Assembly: GCA_013265495.1 (NCBI GenBank)
Contig: MU058441.1
Span: 62,001 to 126,000 of the forward strand
Reading direction: 5' to 3'
DNA: 64,000 nt
Source of the DNA: Vicugna vicugna
Lineage: Eukaryota
The notes beneath the pieces were generated by a model. It worked only from the letters and a program-made list of their open reading frames with translations. It did not search any database and had not been told where the DNA came from. Each line of letters begins with the position of its first letter. Within the stretch, counting starts at the first letter, position 1. A program made the position numbers and the translations under genes. Below are positions 30,572 through 43,500 of the stretch, one piece after another.

Positions 30572-32469
30572 GCCCCTGCATGCACCCAGGGCCTCCCAGC
30601 AGCACGCTCATCCTGCGCCTCCAAAGGCCCACTGCCTTCATGCCAACAGCCGCCCCTGCGGGCAGGGGGCTGGGGACTGTGGCCCCTCTCCTGGCCCCCC
30701 TCCCCCGTCGTGCTGCATGACCTCCGCGCGTGCGTTCCAGGGACAGGATTGGAATGTGTGTCATCTGGGGTTTGGGGGGCAGGGGTCCTGCAAGGCCTTT
30801 CTCCTCATCCTGGCTCTCCCTGGTGGGACCCATCGTATGGGGAAGCTGGGTGACCGTGGTGCCTTAGGAACCCCACCTGGCTGGTTGGCAAGGTCCTGGG
30901 GCGGAAGGCAGGAAACCAAGATGGCAGGTGGAAGCCTGGTTTACCACCACTGCAGAGACCTCCGCTAACTCAGGGGCCGGGTGGGCGTGGCTCAGCTGCC
31001 ACACGCACATGGAGGGGTGTACCCTGCCCCCCTCGGGATGCTGCCAGAGCTCTTACCTACTGAGAACACTGACATGGAGGCTCTGAGCCCTTGGTGGGTG
31101 TTCCTGGGCCTCACTGGGCCTGGGGCCAGCATTGGAGAATCCAGATTCCATTTTTGTTATCTTTTACTTTTGTCTATAACTTGGCACAGGAGCTGGATGC
31201 CAAACTCTGTTTGGAAACACGTAACAAGCTTTCCTTCAGCTTTGGGTGGTTCCCAGCGCACCCACCATGATCTTGGCAGCCAAGTAGACTGGACTCACCT
31301 TCCTGGATTGTGTTTCATGCTTGACATTGTCCGGAGAACGGGCTAAGTTGAGGGTCTGAGCAGAGGCCTGAACCAGGAACACTACCCTTCCCAGCCTACC
31401 TCCCTCCCTCCTGTGTGGCTCCCCAAAGCCATGGCTGCAGAAGACACGAGGGGCTGACATCCACCGAGGGCCCTGAACTCAAAGAGCTGTGGCCTTGCAG
31501 ATGCTGAAGTAACTGGAATCCAACCTCCGATCCCGAGCTGGCCTCCCCATCTGGTCCTGGAAGCTGCCCTCACATTCCAGTGATGAAGGACCAACTGCCC
31601 AGGTTGGAGTTTGCACTAGAGGCGGGACCCTGGTGGGGCATGCACGCTGGCAAGTGGCCTCGGAGAGGTGGGCCTTCCGCCACTGCCTCACCCCAGGACA
31701 GTCACCATTCCTCCTGGTTGGAGCTGAAGCAGACCTCTCTCTGCAATCAGTGGCTGGCTGGCTGGCTTGGCTTTGATGGACCAAATGCTCAAAAGACTGA
31801 CACCCTCCAAAGGGAAATAGAGCAGGACTCAGATACCTGCCCTGAAATCATGGGCCAAACAAAGGATTTCAGTCGCCTGCATGAGGTTGCCATTTCAGGA
31901 GCGCTTTGTCAAGAAGGAGAGGAGGCGGGGCTGGAGGAATGCCGCGTCCCGAGTCTCTGTGCCTGTGGGTGTACGTCGCGCCTCCACGCACATACCCCGT
32001 GCGTGCCCATCTGCTGCACACAGCATGTCTTGCACTGGCACATGCATCTGTAATATAGTTTCTATGTCTATTTAAGGCTCTGAGCAGAACGTGGCCCGTT
32101 GTCACTGGGTCCACATTTCTTCCTGCTCCTCTGCACTAAGGCATTGTAACCCAGGGCTTAAACAATAATTCGGAACTGTTCTTAGCACTTTTATAGAGTT
32201 CATGGGAGACCATTCATCCATCAGCATGTTTTCCTGGAGCATCTCCATGCTGGAGCTTGGAGAGTGGGGGTTTCAGGGACCCCCCCCTGCCCCTCACAGA
32301 GCCCAAAGGTGGGCCCAGCTTCATGGCCCGTGTTGGAGCGCCAGTGGTGTGGCTCACTCCATGGCTGAGGGTTTTGGTTGGTATCATTGTTTCTGAAGGT
32401 AGCACAAGGGATGGACAAACTCCATAAGAGTGTTTTAAAAATTAACTTCCCAGGAAGTGAATTAAAAAC

Positions 32470-32475
32470 AATAAA
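32470..32475 (+). terminator. CAMKK1: CAMKK1 polyadenylation signal (3'UTR about 1.9 kb)
   Basis: AATAAA preceded by ATTAAA at 32461; the first AATAAA I found after the stop codon. Confidence 0.75.
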
Positions 32476-35400
32476 AGCCCTTTCTTGAGTTTAAAAAAAA
32501 AAAGACAACTTGGTACGGACATTTTCTGCATCTGGGTATGTTCTTTCTCAACAGCTGGCTTTGCTGGCTTTTCCACAGGGGTCTGAGTAGGACCATAGTG
32601 ACAGAGCTCTGGGGGTGGGTAGGGGGAAGAAGGTTTTGTCTGGAGGGTGAGGGGCTACAGTCCAGGGTGTGGCTCAGTCTCCTGGGTAGGTCCTGTGGCC
32701 CCTCCTTGGGAAGAACAGGGTGGTAGCCAATGGGCTGTCTAGGAGGGCATCTCGCCTGTTTTGCAGGGGCCCAGGGAGGCCGAGGTCTGGTCCTTAGGAG
32801 CCCACACCACTCCTCGTGGGGCAGAAGCCCAAGTGGAGACTCACAGTAGTCCCTGTGATGCAGGCCCACTGTCCTCCCAGTGTCCCCTTAGCCTTCAGCA
32901 CTAGTACTTGGCATTTTGGACCCACAGCTCCCCGATTATTGGAGGGCCCTCCATGGCCATGATGAAAAGAGCTGTCTTTGAGGTCAGATAGCCTTCAGCT
33001 TGAATCCAGGCTTTGCATTTTACCAGCTGTGTGCCCTTGGCGAAACATCAGAGAAGTCTCAGCTTCTGTCTGGTATAGTACAGGTAGCATCAGCACCTCT
33101 TCATGGGGTTCTTGTGCCAAGCATCTGACACAGTGCTTGGTACATAGTACTCACCAAGTGAGACCCTTAGGGAAGAAAAGCCAAAGAACTTTCTGCCCCT
33201 GGGGCTGCCTTAGAAACCACTATCTCAGCACATCCTGTCTGACTGGTATTTGCTCATTTATGGAGCTCCTCGCTTGGTGAAACCAGGGACCAACCAGAAG
33301 GAGATCAACCCAGAGGCTGTCCCTCATGGTGATCAGTTTTTCCCATGTGAGAAATGGAGACCAAAGCTGTTCCTGCCTGGTTCCGGGTCATCCTGCAACG
33401 GTCCCATGAGGGCTGCACCAAGCCCTCTGCAGGAAGGGTGCTGGTGGCCAGGCAGAAGTTCCCCAAACACTAAGACCAATAAGCAGTCTTGTTCACACTC
33501 TTGCTGCCCCTCAGTTTTGGCCACTTCCTCATTGGTCTCCAGTCTTGGGCCTCAGCACTCCAGTCCATCCTGTTACAACCTGCCAGAGTGATCTGTGGGC
33601 CCCCACCTGACCATGCCCGTGCCTCTCAGGACCCTTCCATGCTCCCTGCAGTGCTCAGCCATTGCCATCAGCCCCACGGGCCTCCCCAGATGCTCTCCTG
33701 ACCCATGTTCCACCCACCCACTTTCCAGGGTAGGCCTTCCCCGATCCCTGCCTCTGCTTGTCAATGTCGACCACACCCTCCAGGGTCTATTCTGCAGACA
33801 GAAAAACCCCCAGGCTGGTTCAGTCCAGGCATTGGTCACCCAACAATGGGCCTGGGTCTGGCAGTCCAGATCGTCATGTGTAAGAGCTTAGAATAGGACC
33901 ACAGTACATGATGTCATTTCCCCACCAGGATGACCACTCTACGAGGCACACTAAGGTGGGGGAAACTGAGGCTCAGAGTCACAGACCAAGTTAGAGGATA
34001 GCCAGGCTAGAGCCCAGGTCTCCTGCCCACCCACTCCATCCTGGTCTTCCCACATCAGCTGCCAGGAAAACCAAGAGCCCTACACACGGGGAAGGAGATC
34101 TGGGAAAATCAGAGATGGAGGTTGCACTTCCAGACCTAACCACACGGGGGAGCTGAGCCCAGGCCAGGGTGTCCAGCTGTAGCCGGGGTAGTGGGGCGGA
34201 GGCAGTCCAGGGTTTGCCCTAAGAGGTCCTGGTTCCTCACAGACAATGCCTTTGGGCTCTGGATCCCACAAGCACTTGGCCTGGTCTCTACCCGCTCCCA
34301 ACTCCTATCATCCTGTATGGTCTTAGACTAAGGGAGAGGAGAGAGGGCTGCTCAGAGCCACTGAGGGTTCCAGTTTTCCCAGGGAGACACCCAGCCACAT
34401 ACTTAGCCCCATACGAACACCTCACAGGTTATGGAGTCACACAAACACAAAGGCAGGCCAGCACATCCTCCCCTCGGGCAAACAAGCAGGCCTCTCTATG
34501 GGACTGCCTCCTGGGCCACCAGGATTCCACAAGAGAGGCCAGGGGGGGCACGTAGTGGGTGGGACTGGTCCCTGGGGGTTAACTGAGGCCCAGGAGGAGA
34601 CCAGGAGGGGCTGGGAGGAGCCCATCCTCTGTCTCGCCTGCAGAACAAAGCCTTGGCCCACTCCCTGGACCGCTGCAGCCTCCTGATAGACTAAGTGTCT
34701 GTGGCTCCAATGACCATCTCCCGCCCCTAGTCCCTTCCTGGGCACACATAGATCTGGCTTTGCCCTCTGGGGTCTCAGACACATCCATTTCTCTAGCCAG
34801 GATGACCCAGGGAATAAAATCTGGGTCCTCTCACTTTCCAGGGCAGCTGCCAGTCCCTACCCAGGTCAGACTGGCCAGTTTGTCATTAGTCCAGCTTTGT
34901 GGTGAGCTTTCCTTCCCTCCCTTCTGCCTAGGCCCCCACCATCTCCAAGTCACCTCTTCCAGGAAGCCTTCCCCGATCCACAGCCCCAGAGGCACCCTTG
35001 GCATGTGGTCTGGTGTCTGGTCCATCTCTTATAGGACTGGAAACAGGGCCCAGGAATTGCAGCCTGGCCCACTGGCTGAGTCACTTTCACAACTTGTGTC
35101 TGCCCACTCACTGATCTGCCACGATGAAGGGGGCTCACTTTGTCCCATCCCCAGCAGGACCGATCACTGCTTGTCCTAGTGACAGTCCCTGTGATTGGCT
35201 GATGCTCTCTGCATTGAGAGCCCTTTGACCCCTCGGTTGTCTTGTTTCCTAAGACCTGCCCCCCGCCCATGGCCAAGGCACAGGTCCACACTGAAGGAAT
35301 GAAACGGGAACAATGTGGAACCACAACATGGAAAGGGGCTGATTAAACATCACCCTTAGTCTCCCCCAAAGTCCAGGGGACCAGCCCTAAGGCTCTGGAG

Positions 35401-35679
35401 CTGTCAAAGGAGAGGATCCCCATGCCCTCAGGTGCTCTCTCCTTCCAGGTAATCTGTGCCAATCTCCACTCACCTCCCTGGGAAATGTACCCCAAAGCTG
35501 AGAGAGGACTCCCAGCAGTGGTCTGCCCCCCCCCAACTCCCAATTCAGTCCAAACAGCAGTTGTCAGCCTGGCTACATGCTAGAATCTCCTCGGGAGCTT
35601 TTAAAAACTCACCCACCCTTAAAGATTCTGATTTGATTGGTCTAGGATGTAGTCTGTGTGTCAGGTTTTTTTGTTTTGA

Positions 35680-35966
35680 TTTTTTTTAAAAACAACTTTA
35701 TGTTTTGGAACAGTTTTAGGTTGACAAAAATTGAGTAGAAAGTACAGGTTCCCATACACCCTCCCTCATCCCCCTCTCCTGCCCCAAAACTTCCCTTTAG
35801 TAACATCTTGCCTTCCTGTGGTACATTTGTTACCACCAGTGAAATAATGATATATTATTGTTAACTAAAGTCCACAGTTTACTCTTTGTATTGTACATTC
35901 TGTTAGTTTTGACAAATGTATGTCATGTATTCACCATAATAGTTTTATGCAGAATAGTTTCACTGC
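35680..35966 (-). mobile_element. L1M 3' fragment, preceded by a MER5-like remnant (about 35557-35670)
   Basis: Poly(T), then aacagttttaggttgacaaaaattgagtagaaagtacag...gtggtacatttgttac...aactaaagtccacagttta. Confidence 0.65.
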
Positions 35967-36599
35967 TAGTAGGGCCTCTGAGAACGTAGGATCCCAACTT
36001 CTCCCTCCTCAGATAGGAAGACAGGCCCAGAAAAGGGCTAGAACTAACCCAAGGTAACCCAGGGAGGAACGTGTAAAATCAGGACTCAAAGCAAAACTGA
36101 CCAGTGGGGCCCTCTGGAAACCCAGAGATCACTCCCCCTCTCCCAACCAAGTGCTTGTTAGAAATGTCTGCAAGAAACCATGCTCAGAAGTCTCCAGTTG
36201 ACCGAGCCCTCGGGAGACAGGAAATTAGGGTTCAAGCTCTGGCCTCCCTACCCTCTTGGAGTCTCAATTTTGTGGTATGTAAAATGGACCAATTATTGAG
36301 AGACTTGAAAGACACAAAGGTTGTCATGGCAAGTGTGTTTTAAATCTGTAGATTTGCCCAGAGGTGACAGACCAAGGCTCATTCTGGGCTCTGGAGCCAG
36401 ACTGGCTGGGCTCGCATCTGGGTTTTATCCCTTAAATAGCCTGTCACCTTGGGTCAATGTAAACGCCTCAGCTTCCTCATATGTGAAATGGGGGTAGTAA
36501 TAGTAATAATACATAGGATTGTTGTAAGGATTTAAGCGCTTGTAACGGTCACTGGTAGGTAATGCTCAATCAGTAAAATTAACTTTTATTACAGGTTTA

Positions 36600-37530
36600 C
36601 GGCTTCAGGTGTAGCTATTTTCTACGCCCAGACTGCAGCGAACTGCTCCAGGCCCCGCCCCCAGCAGGCCCCGCCCCTGTTCCCTCTCGGTCCCGCCTCC
36701 TCTTCGCCAGAACCGGCTCCAGCCGTCCCGGGTTCCTTCCACCAGCAGGGGCGTCGGGCGCTAAAGAGGGCCTTCTAGCCGCAGCAGGCGACGCTCTAGG
36801 TAGTGGCGGCGGCTGCTCGGTGGCCAGTGGTAGCGGCGCTCTAGCCGGCGGTGTGCGGGGCGGGCTCTCAGTGGTGCGGCCGGCGGGCGGCGATGGCGGC
36901 CGTACGGGGCCTTCGAGTGTCGGTGAAGGCGGAGGCCCCGGCGGGGCCGGCCCTGGGGCTCCTGTCGCCTGAAGCGGAGTCCGGTTTGGACCGTAGCGAG
37001 CCGGAGCCCATGGAGGTGGAGGAGGGCGAGCTGGAGATCGTGCCGGTGCGGCGCTCACTGAAAGAACTGATCCCGGTACGGGCGGGGGCGGGGGCGAGGA
37101 GGAGGTCGCGGAGCGAGTGTCCGGAGCGCAAGCGGGCCAGAAGGGGAGGCGGCCGGGGCTGGGGTCCCAGCCAGGGGAAGTCCGGCGAAGGGAGAGGGGG
37201 GCGAGGCGCCAGGCTTGAGCAGATACGGGGAACGAGAGAAAGGACGCCCGGGCGCCCGGAAATCCGGGTGTTGAGGGGGCTGGAGGGAGGTGGGGGAGAG
37301 CTGGAGGGTAGTTGAGGACACCCCCTTCGCTGCCCCTCGGAGCCAGTCTGTGCAAGCGGATGGCTGAGGAGGGAATGGGATTATCTGGGGGCTTGAGATA
37401 AAGGGGAAGCCCCGGGCGGGAATACGACCCAGAGCGGCCCAGAATCAACTGTCGGATGGCACCGGCATCCTGGTCTCCTTTGGGTCCTGCTCCGGTAGGA
37501 CTGGTGTATGTTAAACGCAGCACTCGCGGT
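36600..37530 (+). promoter_or_regulatory. NCBP3: NCBP3 CpG-island promoter
   Basis: High CpG density around the ATG at 36893; tandem GC boxes caggccccgcccc at 36649-36661 and 36665-36677. Confidence 0.85.
36893..37075 (+). CDS. NCBP3: NCBP3 exon 1, coding part
   Basis: Strong Kozak context gcgATGG; MAAVRG...RSLKELIP; |gtacgg. Confidence 0.94.
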
Positions 37531-40500
37531 TTCCCTTGGAAGGGCTGGCCTTGTCAGCTGCAGAAACTCAGTGTTTCTGTTGTGACTTGAGGGTCATCTT
37601 GTCCCACGCAGCTCCACTGCAACACCGTGGCCTCAGCATCTGACCCTTAATGAAACCAAAGCAGCAGCGAACCGGCAATGGTCCTTGGTCCGTCTTTTAT
37701 CACAGTGGGGATGGTGAGAGGTGTTTTGCTCGTGGTTTGGGGGTCCTGTGTCCGGTTCTCAGGGCTGATCTCAGGCCTGCATGGCTTCTCTCATGTACTT
37801 AATTTCTCACCTAACAAGAACTTTTTAACACACGCCTGCAAGTCATGCTTTTAAACTGAAATTATGGGAAAAGGTAAAGGTAGGGGCACAAAAGATAGCA
37901 AATGATAATGATTCTGGCAACAACAATTAAGATAGTGGCATTCTGCCATTTACTATGTAACATCGTTTAAATATCACCGCACTTGGGAAGTAGATGTCCC
38001 TTCATTCATTCTGTTCAGCATGTGCTTTGTGCCAGACACAGTCCTAGGCGCTTGATCAAGATCAAAGTCAAACTCCCATCCTTGCTGTTTTTGTTCCATT
38101 TGAGGGACACAAGTAAACAAATAAGTTCAACAAACAAACAAATAAGTTCACCAATAGTGGTGAGTGCTCTGAAGGGAATAAAACACATTAATGGGATAGG
38201 AGTGTGCGGAGGACAGGGAGGGTGTGCAGAGCAGGAAGCAGAATGGGATAGGATGGTCAGGAAAGTGACATTTGAGCTGAACCCTAGGTGACAGAAAGGA
38301 GCAAGCCGTGTGCACACTTGGAAGAGAGTGTTTCCAGCAGGGGCAACAGTAAGCACAAAGACTGAGATGGGAACAAGGTTGTTTTGTTGGAGAAAGTGGG
38401 AGAGCAGTAAAAGAGGTCAGAAAGGCAGGCAGAGACCACGGAGGAAACCTAGGCCCAGCGAGGCCAAAGGAATTGTACAGTATCATGTAGTCAGTGATGT
38501 CACAGCTGCGATTGGAGTCCCCAGGCTTCCAAATCCCATCCTGTTTTCATCGCACTGTGCTGTGTTTCCCCCAGGAGGTCTAGGTGAGTCTGGACTTCCT
38601 GCAGTGTGGTGAAGACTTATGCTCCATCTGGTGACCTGGCACAATGAATTTGTCCCATCTGGGTGGAGAAGATAAGTGTGCCTCGTCTTGAATGTTTTTC
38701 CTGAAAGCCTTGAGATTTTCATTTATATGGGTGATGTCGTAGATGGAATTACTTTAGCTTTTGGACAGGCTCTGATCTGGAAAAGACTTCTCATTAGAGT
38801 GGTGTGTTGCTACCCCAGAGTCACTGGGACAGGCTTCCTCATTGTAAGGGGTTGTCAGGGGCGGGCAAGGATTGCTGAAAAGAACGACTCTCCAGAAGGA
38901 ATCGATTGTCGGCTTGTCGTTTATCACGAGTATTTCCTCAGTTGCTTGTTAGCGTTTCTCACCCACCCTCTTCGTGTTAGGACACAAGCAGAAGATACGA
39001 AAACAAGGCTGGCAGCTTCATCACTGGAATCGATGTCACCTCCAAGGTGAGACAGACCATGATTTCCTTATTCATTTTGAGAAGTGGGTGAACTTAATGA
39101 ACTTGGTCTCTAGGACTTGTAGAACAGCACTTACTCTTCACCTTCTTTTTCCTTTGGTTGCTGGAGTGAAATTTTTTTTTAATTTAAATTTTGTAATACA
39201 CAGTGATGCCTTCACACATCCTGAAAACATCCAGGCAGCATTTGTGTGTTCTCAAATCCATGGGAAGATAAAAATCACTCTCCTTCAATGCCTGTCCTTA
39301 ACCATGTCCGGGAAGTTCTATACTGGGAGTGCTTTTTCATGCTGTCCATTCTTTAAAAATATGTAAACTGTTTCCACTTTAAATGAAGCAAAACAGAAAA
39401 GTGCCTGGCACATTAGTAGGCCCTTAGTAAAATGTCTTTATTCCTCACTGGCTGCTGGCCTAGAAAAATAGGATTTCCTGATTATGTGGCTAAACTTTGA
39501 AGGTCAAGTCAACTAAATTATTTTCCGTACCTGGGAGTATTACCTTTTATCTAGTTAGTGCTTTAACTAGATTACCAGCTTCTTCGTAACTCCTCACAGA
39601 ACCAGGCATATCATTTTCCTTATTATAAACAGAAGTACTTATTTGTTGCTTTAATTGGTGATATCCAGCTAAAACCTTCTTTCTGATTTTAGTGTGTGCA
39701 ATTAAGTTTGGAACAGAGCTTGAATGGTAATTCTGAATAAATAATACTGTATTAACTACTGTATTGGATGTATAAAAGCAAAAATAAAAATAAGTATGTC
39801 ATGCTTACCTTTTTGTATTTTATCTGGGTCTCAATCTGTCTCAGATTGCTTGAAGGCCAGAAGAAAGAACTGATCATCTTTTTTGACAAAATAGAATAAA
39901 GTGAAGATGTTTTCTTACTGTAGTTGAAAAAGAAGTATATTGCACTATTCTTAGTCCTACGCAGTTTACCATTATGTGAAACATACGCGGGGGAAAGTAT
40001 GGCAGCCCAGGATTGGTACTTAAGTCGTTACTAAAGGAAGGCTACAAAGATTAGTTGTTTCCCCTGGGAAGACTTCAGTGAAGAAAATTAACATAACTAT
40101 TGGGAAATAACAGAAATGTTGCTGCTTTACCAATCCCCACAAGCTTTCTGTAGTCAGACCTTCAATTAGCGAGGCAAAGTCAATATACAATTAGTGAAGG
40201 TTCCTAAGAGCTATCAGAAACCCACAGTAGGACCTGGATTTATTTTAGCTCTTGGGGAAAAAAAAACTTAGGAAGCTGATTATTTTGTTTTTCAGCAAAG
40301 CATCAGTGTTTCTTGTCACTTCAAGACGAAAACTGGCAATTCCATGGACACAAGTTTAGAATAGAGGGAGTTTCTTTGCTTCAGCGTTATTTTTAAACGC
40401 AGAAAAAGCTTTAGGGACTGGACTGCTCAGGCAGACATAATGTGATAGGTGTGATTACCATGCACACAGACGATGTGAAATGAGGGTGGTGGTGGGACTT

Positions 40501-43500
40501 CTAGAAATAGCACTGAGATCACAAAGATCTGCCCCCTTACTTGCAGAAGTGCCTCTAGCAAACCTTGTAACTTTTTTGTGCCTCAGTCTCTGCACCTGGA
40601 AAATTGAGATGTTAAGATGCTTTAGTTGTAATTTGTTTGCATGATTGCTAATAATAAATGAAATGTCAGAGAACTAAAGCATTATTCATTACTCATTAGA
40701 TCAAGAAATATTCATTGAATTCCTACTGTGCCCCAGGTACAGTGATAAGCATTGAATCATCATGGAGATTATTACAGTTATAACCCTAATAGTGTACACC
40801 CTCCTAGTCATTGACTCTGAATATCCAATTCTCTGCAAAAATTATTGAAGGCACAGTATTGCTTATTTCTTCTGAGTTATTTTAGGCTTGTCACTAATGC
40901 ATCATTTTGTGCTTGTGATTTAACTTTCCTCCTCCATGTTTTACTTCTTTGGCTTTTTCTGTACCTTCTAGGAAGCAATTGAAAAGAAAGAACAGAGAGC
41001 CAAGCGCTTCCATTTTCGATCAGAAGTAAATATTGCCCAAAGAAATGTCGCCTTGGACCGAGACATGATGAAGAAAGGTACAGGGTGTTTGGGGAGAATT
41101 TTTCCACATTCTTCCAGAGAATGACTTTTCCCTGCTGTGGCCTCATGCTTCTGGTCTTGCCTTGCCTGTCCAGTCCTCATCCAAATATTCCCAAAGGAAG
41201 GAACTTGTGAGGTCTCCATTTCTGCGGTGACCTATTTAAAGTTGAGCTGTTAGCTGTGTCTCAGATGTTAGAGCTGGAAAAAAGGGGATTGTCATGTCTG
41301 AGGAGCCCCAGAGAACGTCACCTAGTTGGTGGCAGAGCTGAGATTAGAACATACTTTTGTGGACTCTCTCATTTTCTGCTTTTATGATAAAAGTGTTACC
41401 CTTTCTTTGCCTTTAAATGTGGTGGGAGTGTATCACAGTGAGACTCTCCTTGAGGAGATTCAGGTTTGGGGGTGGGGGGAATACCATTAGTGCTTCTCTT
41501 GATTCAGTTTTGTGATTTTATTTAATTTTTGTGTTTTGTTAGGTGAGTATTTTGCTTCCTAGAACTCACCCTGAATTGTCATATATAATAATATACTCCA
41601 GTCTTCAAAAGCAGTTTATAAATAGAAGGAAAAATTGTTACTACCCTTTTAGTGAGTTCACAGCCATATTCATTATTCCGTGAATGCAAACAGTTTCCCT
41701 CTGCTGTATTTGCAAATTTGGGATTTGTGCAGGGTTTAATAGGCAGCCCTCTGAGTGCACGTTAAAGGTCTGTGCTCTGCTGTGTGACTTTCTCTAGGCT
41801 TGCTTGTTTGTTAAAAACATACTGAATGAGGGGGGAGGGTATAGCTCGGTAGAGTGTGCACTTAGCATGCATGAGGTCCTGGGTTCAATCCCCAGTACCT
41901 TCATTAAATAAATAAATAAATAAACAAATAAATAAATAAATAAAATCCTAATCCCTGCCCCCCAAATAAAAATAAATAAATAAATAAATAAATAAGCATG
42001 CTGAATGAATGAAGGAATAGCTACTCTTTGTTGGGAACTTGCTTTCTTACCAGGCAGTGTGTTAATTAGCACGTTACATATTTATTTCTTGTTCATTTCT
42101 CACAACAACCGCATGAAGAATATATTTTTATTTTTATTTTACAAAGAAGGAAATAGGCTTAGAGAATGCTGAGGTTTACATAGCTCGTGCAAGTGGAGTC
42201 AGGATTAGAACCCAGGTTTATCTGACTCTAAAGCCTTGCTCTTAACTACTTTGCCCTGTTGCCTTTTAATATGTGACATGATACCAGAGACCCAGACCTC
42301 CCCAGTCCATCCCAGTGGACAGAGTAGCTTGGATGCAGAGCTCAACTCTGGATGCTGCTTTGCTGTTTTTTCTGCATCATGAGTTCAGTTTGGAAATACA
42401 ACCTTGCTTCCCTTGCAGGCTGGGTTTCCAGGCATCTGCTTGAGTAGATTTCTGTTTCAGGAAAAGTCCTGTGAAAGCCAAGGCCAGCTGTGCAGCTCGG
42501 CACGCATGTGCCTGCACAGTCTGGGCCCAGGCAGATGTCTGAGGCCTTGTATACAACTCCGCCTGGAAAGCACAGTGGTCTCACCACACCTGTTTACTTC
42601 TAGTCCTGTGGCCATTCCTCGAGACATCTTGCCTCTGGTCTTGTTCATGCCTATCACTCTGTCCTTCCTCGTCCCACGCTTCATCTGGTTCAGATGTCAC
42701 TTTCTCCATGAAGCATCCCTAATTACCCATTCCATTCTCTCCTCCCACCTACATTGGGGCTCTTTAGGATGCTGAACCCCCCTGGGATCTAGTCTCAGTT
42801 CCTTAGTGAACATGAGCAAATTTAAAAAAAAAAAGAGGGAATCTTTTTAGGTCTCGCTCTCCTTGTCCGACAGTAAAATGGGAATTTGTTACCTGCCTGA
42901 ATAAGATCGCTTTAAATGTTAATTAAAAAAATTGTTTTTTTGAAAAGCAATCTCCATCTCATCGTTCCAAAGATACTCATAAAAAACAATACAGCTGCCT
43001 GGAATATCATCTGGGGAAGTTGCTCATTACAACCTGGTATTGATTCAGGAGGCGGTGTGGCCTTGGAGTGTGTTCCTGAACTCTAGAGAACCCTGCTGCC
43101 TTTCGCAGATCAATTTAAATTACAGAAAGGGTGGAGGGGTCTGGGTAGATCTCAGAGACAGTTATTATTTTGATATCTCCCCAGGTAATTCTAGTGTATA
43201 GTCAGGACTAAGAACTGTTGGTATTGTGGTTAAGAGCTGAGTTCTGAAGCCTGATGGCCTGTATTCAAATCCTGACTTGTCATTTTGTAGCTCTGTGACC
43301 TTAAGCAAGTTATCTAGCCTCTAAGAACCTCAGTTTCTTCATCTGGAAAGGCAGATTAACGTTGGTTCTTATAGGGTTGTTGGGATGCTGTAACAAAATG
43401 TGATTCTTAGAGTGGTGTCTGGCACATAGTAAGTGCCCGATAAATGTTAGTTATTATTACAGTTATCTGGCATTCCCCATCTTCCAGTCATCTAAGTGGC

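Noticed and set aside
32493..32503. A11 run 17 nt after the CAMKK1 AATAAA, suggesting a processed copy
   Set aside because: The gene has all its introns and no TSD. It is a genomic A tract, relevant only as an internal-priming caveat.
36615..37523. 302-aa antisense ORF across NCBP3 exon 1
   Set aside because: Pro/Ala/Arg-rich low-complexity translation with a non-ATG start. Expected from stop-codon scarcity in a CpG island.
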